The notes below the pieces were generated by a model. It was not told the DNA's origin. It did no database searches and was given only the letters and a program-made list of their open reading frames with translations. A stretch of 60,610 nucleotides of DNA, counting the filler. It is 9 parts of 9 records of this genome, joined end to end, with 100 filler letters (N's around TTAATTAATTAA, not from the genome) between each part and the next. Parts side by side here need not be neighbours in the genome. Positions count along the whole stretch, not along the records: positions 41,741 to 49,379 come from SRR2962707_3137; positions 49,480 to 55,253 come from SRR2962707_3145; 7 more parts are not named here. The stretch is one strand, 5' to 3'. Position 1 is the first letter of the stretch, and every line of letters starts with the position of its first letter. Positions 41,818 to 51,105 of the stretch are shown here, one piece after another. The position numbers were made by a program, and so were the translations under genes.

Positions 41818-42921
41818 TTAATTCTCACGCCAACCCCGAATTATTTTGGTGAATATTGTTTCGGCATCACGAAGCTTATCTAATTTAATCCATTCATCTG
41901 TGCAGTGGACTTGTGATGGGTCGCCTGGCCCCAAAATCAATATTGGAGGATTATTGAGCACTGGGCCTAATATGGATGCATCTGTGAAGTAGTTCACACT
42001 TGCGGGAGGTGAAAAAATTCCGCTCACATCACTGACTAAATCAGATGTGTCGCAAACCCATGGGTCGCTTGGATCTGTCCAAACTGGTGCAAGATCCAAT
42101 AGTTTTGTTATTGTCGCGCTGGGCCCGGATAGCTTTGATATCTGACGTGCAATTTCTGCGTGATCGGCGCCAGGTATTGTGCGGATGTCTAACGTGACTT
42201 CGCAAAGATCAGGAACCGAATTAGTATTCATCCCCCCCTTTATCGTGCCAACGTTTAATGTTGGATGTCCCATTACTGGATGACTTTTACCTAGGTTAAT
42301 TCGCCGAATTTTCGCGAGCGCATCTACTGCCAAATCAATTGCATTAAGTCCACGGTCAGGCATTGCGCCGTGAGCAGTTTTACCTTGGAAAGCAAGGTGA
42401 AGCCAAAGCGCACCTTTGTGCCCATGAACTAAATTATTGTTCGTTGATTCAGGAACGACTAGCGCGCCAATTTTAGGCAATTGCCCCTCTGACACTAGTT
42501 GGCGTGCGCCCTCACATCCTGTCTCTTCACCAAAAGTCAAAAGTACCGCGATCCCGCCCGGCGGTGTGAAAGGGTGACGGCACGCACAGATTACCGCAGC
42601 TAAAGCACCTTTCATGTCAGAGGCGCCCCTTCCAAAAAGACGGTCGCCATCAAGTTCCGCTGATAGAGGTGGGTGAAGCCATTGGGCTGAGCCGAAGGGC
42701 ACGGTATCCAAGTGAGCGCTAAAGCCTATTGCTGAGCCATCGCCAGTGCCTCTGGTCGCGATAAGGTTTGCTCGATCGCCATCTGTTGCGTCGCGCGCTT
42801 CGCAGTTGAAGCCAGCTTTTGCGAGTATCCCAGCGCAAAGTTCAATCGCATGCTTTTCATTGCCAGGTGGGTTTACTGTGTTAAGTCCGACAAGCTCTTG
42901 AGTTAGCGCGATTACATCCAT
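41818..42921 (-). CDS. M20 metallopeptidase, ArgE/DapE-like deacylase
   Basis: AHLDTVP, GRGASDMKG, GEETG, GKTAHG, QVHCTDE. Confidence 0.92.
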   Translation of the reverse strand: MDVIALTQELVGLNTVNPPGNEKHAIELCAGILAKAGFNCEARDATDGDRANLIATRGTGDGSAIGFSAHLDTVPFGSAQWLHPPLSAELDGDRLFGRGASDMKGALAAVICACRHPFTPPGGIAVLLTFGEETGCEGARQLVSEGQLPKIGALVVPESTNNNLVHGHKGALWLHLAFQGKTAHGAMPDRGLNAIDLAVDALAKIRRINLGKSHPVMGHPTLNVGTIKGGMNTNSVPDLCEVTLDIRTIPGADHAEIARQISKLSGPSATITKLLDLAPVWTDPSDPWVCDTSDLVSDVSGIFSPPASVNYFTDASILGPVLNNPPILILGPGDPSQVHCTDEWIKLDKLRDAETIFTKIIRGWREN

Positions 42922-42944
42922 GTGATTGCCATGTAAAAAAATCC

Positions 42945-43817
42945 TCAGATGTAGCCACGACTAAATTTGCTGCCTAACATTTCATCGTACAGATCAGTTC
43001 GTCGATCGCGCAACGGTTGGTTAAAGTCATTCCAATTTCGATTGCGTCTTGCGTCCGATAGATTGATCGTGGCGATGAGTGTTTCTTCATCGTTCGAACT
43101 AGCGGGACCTGCTAGTGGCCAACCTGTTTGGGAAACGATTAGAGATTGACCGATGAAATCCTGCTCACGTTCACATCCGACGCGGTTTGCAGCGGCAACA
43201 AAGAGGGAATTGCTGTGAGCTGCGCCCATAACAATTATATTGGCCATCGCTTCGCGAAGAGGATCTTGGCCCGGAATTGGGACCCAATTGGTAGGAACGC
43301 AGATTAGTTCGGCACCCTGCATTGCTTGAAGCCGCCAGATTTCTGGGAACCAACAATCGTAACAGATGTGACACGAGATGCGCCCAAAAGGCGTATCAAA
43401 TACAGGAATTCCTAAGTCGCCGGGAGTAAAATAGACTGCTTCATCGCCCCATAAGTGAAGTTTTCGATAGGTGCCAATATATCCTTCAGGGCCGATAATG
43501 ACTGCGGAATTAAAAAGGCGCTGACCATCAATCTCAGTAATGCCTGCTACAATATAGATACCGAGCCGGTGCGCAGTCTCGACCCAAGATAATGTTGAAG
43601 GTCCGTTTGGCACATTTTCAGCCAGAGATCGTGCTTCGGACCGACTTTCAAACATGTATCCAGTGTTACATAGCTCAGGTAAAACCATAACAGTTGCACC
43701 ATTAGAAGCGGCAGCCTCGATCTTTTTTATGGAGCGGCTGACATTCTTTTCTGTGTCACCAAAAGTTGGTTCCATTTGAATCGCAGCAATCGTTAAACTG
43801 GCCTCGGTAATTTTCAT
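42945..43817 (-). CDS. Carbon-nitrogen hydrolase (nitrilase superfamily amidase)
   Basis: Glu-Lys-Cys triad: LPELC, YRKLHL, ICYDCWFPE; C-terminal DRRTDLY. Confidence 0.92.
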   Translation of the reverse strand: MKITEASLTIAAIQMEPTFGDTEKNVSRSIKKIEAAASNGATVMVLPELCNTGYMFESRSEARSLAENVPNGPSTLSWVETAHRLGIYIVAGITEIDGQRLFNSAVIIGPEGYIGTYRKLHLWGDEAVYFTPGDLGIPVFDTPFGRISCHICYDCWFPEIWRLQAMQGAELICVPTNWVPIPGQDPLREAMANIIVMGAAHSNSLFVAAANRVGCEREQDFIGQSLIVSQTGWPLAGPASSNDEETLIATINLSDARRNRNWNDFNQPLRDRRTDLYDEMLGSKFSRGYI

Positions 43818-44603
43818 CTATTTTACCGCCTCTTTATGGTTGGTAAGCCACGTAAGAAAATTGATCCACATTTGTCGATAACCAGGCCAATCAGAAAATT
43901 CGGCAGGTAGCCAATGGGGAGACATGTCTGACATCCAAGCTAAGGTTCTTCCTTTGCCATAGGTCGTTGAGGCAAGTAGTGGATGAGTGCCTTGTGCTGT
44001 AGCTGCGCTCGCGATGAGTTGAGCTTTAGGGGCGAGCACAACTTCGTTCAGCCCCAGTAACGGCGGCCATTCTTTTGGCACGGATGCCAGCAGGTTATGG
44101 CTAGGCGCGTCGATAATAACTCGCGTGCCTTCAGGAACCTCAATGCGGTCGTCATATGGATGACAACGCACAGGAAGTGTCCGCTCCACAGGTGTGTTAC
44201 GCCATCTGCCTCTGCCGTCGATGCCCTGGAAGGATAAGTAGCCGCCTACCATCGCTAGCCCGCCGCCTTGTTCTACGTAATCGTGTAGCAATGAAAGGCG
44301 ATTTGGAACTGGTTTTGAATGTATCCAAACATCAGGATGAAGGAGTAGCGAGCTTGCTCCTATGTCAGAAAGAATAATTGCATCCCACTCCTGAAGCTCC
44401 TCAAGCGTCAGGGGCATTTCTTGTGGGGCATCATGCGCAGTCATATGCGTAATTGAAAAATCAGAGCCTTCCATTGCCTTTAATAATGGACCGGCACCTG
44501 AATGAAAGGTGGTGGAGCTAAAGCCGTCAAAACCCTTGTAGTGTGTTGAGGAGCTAATCCAACTCTCACCAATCAAGAGTATTTTTTGACTAGTATTTGC
44601 CAT
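43818..44603 (-). CDS. GATase1-like protein (DUF1355/STM3548 type)
   Basis: LLIGESW, IILSDIG, GGGLAMVGGYLSFQGIDG, DDRIEVPEG, SPHWLP. Confidence 0.85.
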   Translation of the reverse strand: MANTSQKILLIGESWISSSTHYKGFDGFSSTTFHSGAGPLLKAMEGSDFSITHMTAHDAPQEMPLTLEELQEWDAIILSDIGASSLLLHPDVWIHSKPVPNRLSLLHDYVEQGGGLAMVGGYLSFQGIDGRGRWRNTPVERTLPVRCHPYDDRIEVPEGTRVIIDAPSHNLLASVPKEWPPLLGLNEVVLAPKAQLIASAATAQGTHPLLASTTYGKGRTLAWMSDMSPHWLPAEFSDWPGYRQMWINFLTWLTNHKEAVK

Positions 44604-44649
44604 GCTAAACCTACTTAACTTTTTTTAAAATGAATTAATCACAATTAAT

Positions 44650-44663
44650 TTGAAACGGTTCAA
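44650..44663. promoter_or_regulatory. LacI-type operator O2
   Basis: TTGAAACGGTTCAA, CG-centred palindrome with one mismatch. Confidence 0.75.
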
Positions 44664-44720
44664 TAATCAATATTGAAAATATAACATTTAAAATCAATGT
44701 TAAAAAAAATATTTTTTGTA

Positions 44721-44750
44721 TTGACATCCAACTATTGAAACGTTTCAATA
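44721..44750 (+). promoter_or_regulatory. Sigma70 -35 (TTGACA) followed by a perfect LacI-type operator O1
   Basis: TTGACA at 44721; TATTGAAACGTTTCAATA at 44733-44750, perfect 18-bp palindrome. Confidence 0.85.
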
Positions 44751-44800
44751 AATGAGATTTTTAAGCAGTTTCTTACGCCATAGTCAACAGGAGACATTTC

Positions 44801-45793
44801 ATGAATACGACCCGCCGCTCTATTTTAACGACTGCGATTGCATTGGCTTGCACAACCGCCTTCTGGGTGCCGATGTCTTCAGCACAGGAATTAACAAAGT
44901 TAACCTTTATTCAAGAATGGCCAACTCCAGACGGATTTTGGATTCCGTGGGTTATTGGTTCTGACAAAGGTTTTTATGCCGAAGAAGGTATTGAGCTGGA
45001 AATAGTAACGCCGCCTACAGTTGCGGACACAATGAAATTTTTAGGAACAGGTCGTGCAGAGGTAGCTTTCACAACCTCAATGGATATTATATTTGCGAAA
45101 GCCGAAGAGGCGCCAGTGGTCGCTATTGGCCGCTATGGGCGTGGCAATAATTGGGGTATAATTTCTGCTACAGGTGAGCCTATGAGTGTCGCTGACTTGA
45201 AAGGCAAGACTGTTGGAATCTATAATGACGCTTGGACAATGGCGCAATTAGGTATGGTGCTTGCCGATGCCGGATTATCAGTAAATGATATCAAGACAGT
45301 TGCCGCATCGGACGATACTGTTCCTTTACTATTGCAAGATCGTGTCGACGCAATAACCGGTATCACAAATGCAGAAGGTACTGAGGTTGTTGTTGTGACA
45401 GGCAAACAAGGTGAGTTTCTTCCTGCAATTGAACACGGCGCTCCGAATACACCAATCTTTGCATTAGCCGCCAACAGTGATTGGCTAGCTGATAATCCTG
45501 ATATAGCAAAAGCTTTTCTAAGGGCGACAAACAAGTCTATCGCTTACGCTGTAGCTAACCCAGAAGAAGCAGTAGCGGCGTTCGGTACGCGATACAGCAA
45601 GGCTTATGATCCAGCTTTTATTAATCAACAATGGCTCGATACAATTCCATTATTTGGTGCCGTTGATAGCAAGACAATGGCAAACCAAATGGAAGACTGG
45701 GAAACTTTAGTGGACGCGCTGAAGAAATTTAAAGTACTTGATTCCCTATTGCCTGCCTCTGAATATTTCACCAACGATTATCTTCCGGAGTAA
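44801..45793 (+). CDS. ABC substrate-binding protein, NMT1/THI5 (SsuA/ThiY) family
   Basis: TRRS export signal; KGFYAEEGIELEI, ADLKGKTVG, EYFTNDYLP. Confidence 0.88.
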   Translation: MNTTRRSILTTAIALACTTAFWVPMSSAQELTKLTFIQEWPTPDGFWIPWVIGSDKGFYAEEGIELEIVTPPTVADTMKFLGTGRAEVAFTTSMDIIFAKAEEAPVVAIGRYGRGNNWGIISATGEPMSVADLKGKTVGIYNDAWTMAQLGMVLADAGLSVNDIKTVAASDDTVPLLLQDRVDAITGITNAEGTEVVVVTGKQGEFLPAIEHGAPNTPIFALAANSDWLADNPDIAKAFLRATNKSIAYAVANPEEAVAAFGTRYSKAYDPAFINQQWLDTIPLFGAVDSKTMANQMEDWETLVDALKKFKVLDSLLPASEYFTNDYLPE

Positions 45794-45796
45794 AAA

Positions 45797-46510
45797 TTGC
45801 CCCAACTCGAAGATGGTAGGATAGTGCCGCCCTGGACGTATCGTCCAGGGCCAGATGTATCCATATTGCCTCCCAAAGGACTTGTAACTGCGCAAAAAAT
45901 CGCACGGGGGGCAGCAGAGGCTGGCTGTGCCGCTGCTCGTCCAGGTGCTACGGAGATGGATATTTTGTTGGAGGTTAGCCGCTGGTTAGCCGCACATAAT
46001 GTTTATAATGTCTGGACGATCACGAATGTGGGTGTCGGTAACAACGCCCACACATGTTTTCCGACGCAGGGCCCAAGTGATCTCGCGATGACCGACGATG
46101 ATTTGGTTATGATCGATGTACATCCCATTACTGAGGAAGGTTTCTGGTCCGATTGCACGCGTTGTTCAGTTGTAGGAGAAAATACAGCCGCGCGAACTGG
46201 TCTCGAAGACTTGAGCGTGATTTACTGGGAAGAGATGGCAAATGCATCATCTGGAATGGCGGCACAGGAACTTTTTAGTTCAATGCATGATCGTCTCCGA
46301 GCGGAAGGTTTTACTCTGCTAGATACTTTAGGAAACATCGGTCACTCTCTAACCTCTGGTGCAGCATACTTGCACGAATTCATCGATTCAAAAAACAGTG
46401 CGCCTATGTGGGGCGCCTGGGCTGTGGAGCCGTTTGTTGAACGAGATGGCGCCGCTGTAAAAATCGAAGACCTATTTTGGTTTGGCCGAGATGGATGCGT
46501 GATAATTTGA
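45797..46510 (+). CDS. Single-domain M24 (pita-bread fold) metallohydrolase
   Basis: ARPGATEMDI, IDVHP..GFWSDCTR, IGHSL, AVEP, KIED: D-D-H-E-E metal ligands; TTG start after GGAG. Confidence 0.8.
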   Translation: MPQLEDGRIVPPWTYRPGPDVSILPPKGLVTAQKIARGAAEAGCAAARPGATEMDILLEVSRWLAAHNVYNVWTITNVGVGNNAHTCFPTQGPSDLAMTDDDLVMIDVHPITEEGFWSDCTRCSVVGENTAARTGLEDLSVIYWEEMANASSGMAAQELFSSMHDRLRAEGFTLLDTLGNIGHSLTSGAAYLHEFIDSKNSAPMWGAWAVEPFVERDGAAVKIEDLFWFGRDGCVII

Positions 46511-46580
46511 GCCCTCACAACAGCCTAGACAGGTTGCGCAGCGCTTCCATGTTCGCTCATTTAAATAAATGGAGTTACTT

Positions 46581-47360
46581 ATGCCGGAATTAGCCACACC
46601 TAAATTGAGCCTTGCAAACTTATCGCGTCGTTTCGACGAGACGTTGGCCTTATCGCCCACCGACTTTGAAATTGCAGAAGGTGAATTCATTTGTGTGGTT
46701 GGTCCGTCTGGTTGTGGGAAAAGCACATTGTTCAATATAATTGCGGGCGTGCTTCCCCCGAGTGAAGGAACTGTTGAGTTAGATGGACGGGTAATTACCG
46801 GACAGTCAGGACAGGTCGGATATATGCTACAAAAGGATCTATTGCTGCCTTGGCGGACTGTACTCGACAATATTTGCCTCGGCGCGATTCTTCATGGCCG
46901 TGTAACCCGCGAGCAGCGAGCAGAGGGCGTCGCGTTGGCAGAGCGCTATGGCTTGGGCGACTACATCAACCATTACCCGTCCGCGCTGTCTGGAGGTATG
47001 CGGCAGCGTGTTGCGTTGATGCGAACTTTGGCAATGCACAGAGATGTTTTATTGCTTGATGAACCATTTGGTGCGCTTGATAGTATGACCCGAATGGCGA
47101 TGCAGAAATGGCTCCTGTCTGTTTGGGAGGCAGAAAAAAGAACGGTGCTTTTCGTCACCCATGACATTGATGAAGCAATATTTTTAGCGGATCGTGTCGT
47201 CGTAATGTCGCCGCGGCCAGGACGGATTCGCGATGTTTTGAATGTGAATTTGCAACGTCCTAGAGGGCGTGAAGTATTTACGGCGCCACAGTTCCTCTCG
47301 TTGAAAGCTCAAATCATGAATTATATTTACGACGAAGTGGATGTTGATGATGCAGCTTGA
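46581..47360 (+). CDS. ABC ATPase (TauB/SsuB type)
   Basis: GPSGCGKST, LSGGMRQR, LLDEPFGALD, VTHD. Confidence 0.95.
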   Translation: MPELATPKLSLANLSRRFDETLALSPTDFEIAEGEFICVVGPSGCGKSTLFNIIAGVLPPSEGTVELDGRVITGQSGQVGYMLQKDLLLPWRTVLDNICLGAILHGRVTREQRAEGVALAERYGLGDYINHYPSALSGGMRQRVALMRTLAMHRDVLLLDEPFGALDSMTRMAMQKWLLSVWEAEKRTVLFVTHDIDEAIFLADRVVVMSPRPGRIRDVLNVNLQRPRGREVFTAPQFLSLKAQIMNYIYDEVDVDDAA

Positions 47361-48156
47361 AAAACAATCACTGTGGCAGCAGATAATATATCCCATTATT
47401 GCTTTTTTCCTCGTGATCGGAGTTTGGTGGATTTCTGTTATAGCCTATGAAATTCCTCGCTATGTGATGCCTAGCCCCAGCGACGTTTGGAGTCATATTC
47501 GAGGCGATTATCAAACGCTTTGGGTCGGTTTCTTAGTCACGTTCAAAGAGTTCATTATTGGGTTTGTGCTTGGCGCCCTCTCGGGATTCATTATGGCGGT
47601 GATGATGGATGCATCAAAAAGTGTGCGCGGTGTGCTCTATCCTATTCTAATTGTTAGCCAAGCAGTGCCAATCATCGCTATTTCAGCAGCATTGACTATT
47701 TGGCTAGGCTTTGGCTTGGCCCCGAAGTTGGTCATCGTTGCGCTTGTCGTGTTTTTTCCTGTTGTCGTAAATGTGATGGACGGGCTTCGTTCTGTTGATG
47801 CTGATCTACTTAGATTAGCGCGTTCCATGGGAGGTGGGGATTGGTCGATTTTTAGGCACGTTAAATTGCCAGCAACGCTTACTCCACTTTTTTCTGCATT
47901 AAAGCTATCGGCAACATTTTCCGTCACTGGTGCCGTGATTGCCGAATGGTCTGCATCTACAAGCGGCGGCATCGGAGCGTATTTAATGCAGGCAAATTCG
48001 AGGTTAAATACTTCGGGCACTTTCGCAGCCATTGCATATTTAGCTGCCCTAGGTTTGGTGGCTTTTGTGCTCGTAATTCTGGTGGAAAAATTATTAACAC
48101 CTTGGCGAACTAACCCGATGGTACCGCGCTGGTCGCAACGCTTCTGGCGCAAATAA
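47347..48156 (+). CDS. ABC permease (TauC/SsuC type)
   Basis: QAVPIIA, FFPVVVN..DGLRSVD, GAVIAEW. Confidence 0.92.
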   Translation: MMQLEKQSLWQQIIYPIIAFFLVIGVWWISVIAYEIPRYVMPSPSDVWSHIRGDYQTLWVGFLVTFKEFIIGFVLGALSGFIMAVMMDASKSVRGVLYPILIVSQAVPIIAISAALTIWLGFGLAPKLVIVALVVFFPVVVNVMDGLRSVDADLLRLARSMGGGDWSIFRHVKLPATLTPLFSALKLSATFSVTGAVIAEWSASTSGGIGAYLMQANSRLNTSGTFAAIAYLAALGLVAFVLVILVEKLLTPWRTNPMVPRWSQRFWRK

Positions 48157-48194
48157 CTATGGACTGTTAATGCTTTGCAAAATAGGTAAAGCAT

Positions 48195-49244
48195 ATGCAA
48201 AATAAAAAAGCGAGCCTCAGAGGCCGGCCGACGATCAAAGATGTAGCAGCCGAGGCCAAAGTTTCAGTTGGCACGGTTAGTGCGGTTCTAAATGCACGCC
48301 CTCACGTAGCTCAAGACACGCAAGATCATGTTGAAGCGGTAATGAAACGCTTGGGTTATCAACCTAACAGTTCTGCCCGTGCTATGCGCCTGAACCGCGT
48401 GTCTACCATTGGTCTGATTATACCTGATCTACGCAATAGTTTTTTCAGTCAAGTTGCAGAGGGGGTGCAGCGCGGTACTGATGAACACGATATTCTGATG
48501 ACCCTTTGTCTTAGCTGGGCTCAACCAAAGCGAGAAGAGTATTTTGCTCAACTTCTTCGAAGCCAAAGACTCGATGGGGTCATCTATCTTTCTGGTACCG
48601 GCTTACCCTCACAATCTCTAATAGAACTAACCCAAAGCGGCGCTGTTGTTTTCGTGGATGAGGTGCTCCCAGGAATCGAATGCCCTTCAGTTTTGAGTGA
48701 TAATCGGCGTGGTGCGCGCGAAATTGCTCGTTGCGTCATGGAAGCTGGACATACTCGGATTGCTATAGTTGAGGGGCCACCGCGTCTATGGACCGCAGAT
48801 CAACGCTTGTCGGGCTTTCGCGAGGGTATTCTAGTCGGCGGTGTCGATCCAGACACTGCGACATATGTAATCGGTGATTACACCGATATTTCAGGCTATC
48901 AAGCAGCTATTGAGTTATTTTCCGGTCCGGAAAAGTCTTGGCCTACCGCAGTGTTATGCGCCAACGACCAAATGGCAATAGGGCTCATGAGATATTGTCG
49001 TCAGGCTTGTATCTCTGTTCCAAATAAACTCTCGGTAGTTGGCTTTGATGACATTTCAGAGGCGCGTTTGATGCACCCCGCTTTAACGACCGTTGCTCAA
49101 CCTGGATTTGAGATGGGGCTCTCAGCCGCACGCCTACTATTACACTCAATTGGTGTGAGCCAAGAGGCGCCTCCAATGACAATCTATCCCACCGTTATCC
49201 GAACACGTGACACAATTGCTCGTCCCGACACATTTTCTGTTTAG
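48195..49244 (+). CDS. LacI family transcriptional regulator
   Basis: TIKDVAAEAKVSVGTVS HTH, YQPNSSAR hinge, SVVGFDD, LTTVAQP. Confidence 0.95.
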   Translation: MQNKKASLRGRPTIKDVAAEAKVSVGTVSAVLNARPHVAQDTQDHVEAVMKRLGYQPNSSARAMRLNRVSTIGLIIPDLRNSFFSQVAEGVQRGTDEHDILMTLCLSWAQPKREEYFAQLLRSQRLDGVIYLSGTGLPSQSLIELTQSGAVVFVDEVLPGIECPSVLSDNRRGAREIARCVMEAGHTRIAIVEGPPRLWTADQRLSGFREGILVGGVDPDTATYVIGDYTDISGYQAAIELFSGPEKSWPTAVLCANDQMAIGLMRYCRQACISVPNKLSVVGFDDISEARLMHPALTTVAQPGFEMGLSAARLLLHSIGVSQEAPPMTIYPTVIRTRDTIARPDTFSV

Positions 49245-49271
49245 CTCTGGCGTGGCCAGCTGAATAGTTTG

Positions 49272-49379
49272 GCGGGTGTTGTCAGAGGAACTTATTGATA
49301 TTCGAAAACCGCATAAATTTCTAACATGACAACGAAAAACCCTTTCAAATATTCCAAAACATCGCCCGAAATTATCAAA
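49272..49379 (+). mobile_element. IS6-family element, left end and transposase start (truncated)
   Basis: ATG 49326 gives MTTKNPFKYSKTSPEIIK, matching the PFKYFKTSPEII N-terminus of alphaproteobacterial IS6 transposases; GGTGTTGTCAGA upstream is a possible left IR. Confidence 0.7.
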
Positions 49380-49479
49380 NNNNNNNNNNNNNNNNNNNNN
49401 NNNNNNNNNNNNNNNNNNNNNNNTTAATTAATTAANNNNNNNNNNNNNNNNNNNNNNNNNNNNNNNNNNNNNNNNNNNN
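49380..49479. other. Artificial contig linker
   Basis: N44-TTAATTAATTAA-N44. Confidence 0.99.
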
Positions 49480-49510
49480 GTCGCAGGTTCGAGTCCTGCC
49501 GGGCCCACCA
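49480..49510 (+). tRNA. tRNA 3' end (T arm + CCA); anticodon not visible, possibly Ile2(CAT)
   Basis: GTCGCAGGTTCGAGTCCTGCCGGGCCCACCA. Confidence 0.85.
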
Positions 49511-49687
49511 GCTTTCACTCGCGTCGCATGTTCAAGCCCGGCGAGCCAGCCATCTCCCTGTTCCGCACGCCCCAATTTTGCCCCTATCCGGCCCGAAGCT
49601 CGCGGCAATTCATTCAGGCCGGGTTCAGGGCGGGGCCTCCATAAAGACCGCAACGACAACCCCGCCACCAAGAAGGAGGCATAGAAA

Positions 49688-50443
49688 ATGCCGCGCTCCC
49701 GCTCTGCTTTCGCTCATTCCGCCCTCCCCTTCGCAACGCTCGCCCTTGCCGTTGCGCTTATCCTTCCCGGCCTCGCGCTGGCGCAGGACAAGGACGAGAC
49801 GCCGCGCACCATCACCATCACCGGCGAAGGCGAAGTCTCCGCCGCGCCCGACATCGCCTATATCGAGACCGGTGTCGTGACCGAAGGCAAGACCGCCGCC
49901 GAAGCGCTCGCCGCGAACACCGCCGCGATGGAGAAGGTTTTCGAGGGGCTGGAAGGCGCCGGCATCGAGAAGAAGGACATGCAGACCTCGCAATTCTCCG
50001 TCTACCCCGTATATGAGCAGGTGAAGAACGACGAGAACCGCCCGCAGACGCCGAAAATCGGCGGCTACCGCGTTCAGAACGAGCTCACCGTGAAGGTACG
50101 CGACCTCGACAATCTCGGCGGCATTCTCGACAAGGTGGTGACGCTCGGCTCGAACCAGCTTTCCGGCATCCGCTTCTCGATCGACGAGCCGAAGCCGCTC
50201 ATGAACGACGCGCGCAAGAAGGCCGTGAAGGATGCGCTCGACAAGGCGAAGCTCTATGCGGGTGCCGCAGGCGTCGCGCTCGGCCAGATCGTCTCGATTT
50301 CCGAAAGCGGCTATTCGATGCCCCAGCCCTTCTATGCAAAGGACATGGCGATGTCGATGCGGGCCGAATCGGCGCCCGTGCCAATGGCCGCTGGCGAACA
50401 GACGATCTCCGCCAACGTCACCCTCGTCATCAATATCGACTGA
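49688..50443 (+). CDS. SIMPL domain protein (BP26/YggE, DUF541)
   Basis: Signal peptide; ITITGEGEVSAAPDIA, ARKKAVKDALDKAKLYA, GEQTISANV. Confidence 0.93.
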   Translation: MPRSRSAFAHSALPFATLALAVALILPGLALAQDKDETPRTITITGEGEVSAAPDIAYIETGVVTEGKTAAEALAANTAAMEKVFEGLEGAGIEKKDMQTSQFSVYPVYEQVKNDENRPQTPKIGGYRVQNELTVKVRDLDNLGGILDKVVTLGSNQLSGIRFSIDEPKPLMNDARKKAVKDALDKAKLYAGAAGVALGQIVSISESGYSMPQPFYAKDMAMSMRAESAPVPMAAGEQTISANVTLVINID

Positions 50444-50534
50444 CAAGACTTACCAACTCGGCCGAAGGGGACTTCAGCCGAAACCTCGCCCCTTGCGCGG
50501 CTCCCCCCACGCGTAAAGGACCGGCAATTTGGGC

Positions 50535-50568
50535 AAGGGCGGCACCTGAGTATGGTGCCGCCCTTTTT
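50535..50568 (+). terminator. Intrinsic terminator
   Basis: AAGGGCGGCACC-tgagtat-GGTGCCGCCCTTTTT. Confidence 0.85.
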
Positions 50569-50597
50569 CTTTGCCCCTGCTTCATGAGATTTTCTTA

Positions 50598-50626
50598 TTG
50601 AAACGAGACAAAAGTCTCATTAAATA
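50598..50626 (+). promoter_or_regulatory. Promoter with candidate TetR operator GAGAC-AAAA-GTCTC in the spacer
   Basis: TTGAAA -35, inverted repeat at 50605-50618, AT-rich -10; upstream of the snoaL-tetR pair. Confidence 0.55.
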
Positions 50627-50667
50627 TCCTTGGCCGCCCCGGAAGGGGCTTTCGAGGAGAGACGAAC

Positions 50668-51105
50668 ATGGCGATGACACCCGCCGAAATGGACAAAAAG
50701 ATCGACGAACACTTTGGCTTCGAGGCGCGCGACGATGTGGAAGGCGTACTGGCGACGCTTGCACCCGACGTCGTGCATGACGTGGTCGGCTGGCCGGCAG
50801 GCCCTGCGCATGGCCGCGAGGCAGCCCGCCCCTTCTATGAGGCGCTGTTTGCGGACCTGACGGACGGCGAGGTGAAATGCCTGCGCCGCTATCACGGGGC
50901 CGGTTTCCTGGTTGACGAGTCGCTCTGGCGCGGCACGGCGCCGGGCCGGCCCTTCGGTATCGAGGGACGCGGCCGCCCGCTCGAATTCCGCCTGCTGCAT
51001 GTGATCGAATTCGCGGGCAACGGCGACATCAAGCGCGAGAATGTCTGGGTGGACCTCGCCGCCGTGATCGCGCAATTGCCGGAAGCGGAAGAAGCGGCGG
51101 CATGA
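50668..51105 (+). CDS. SnoaL/NTF2-like protein (ester cyclase family)
   Basis: EHFGFEARDDVEGVLATLAPDV, HGREAARPFY, IKRENVWVD. Confidence 0.85.
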   Translation: MAMTPAEMDKKIDEHFGFEARDDVEGVLATLAPDVVHDVVGWPAGPAHGREAARPFYEALFADLTDGEVKCLRRYHGAGFLVDESLWRGTAPGRPFGIEGRGRPLEFRLLHVIEFAGNGDIKRENVWVDLAAVIAQLPEAEEAAA

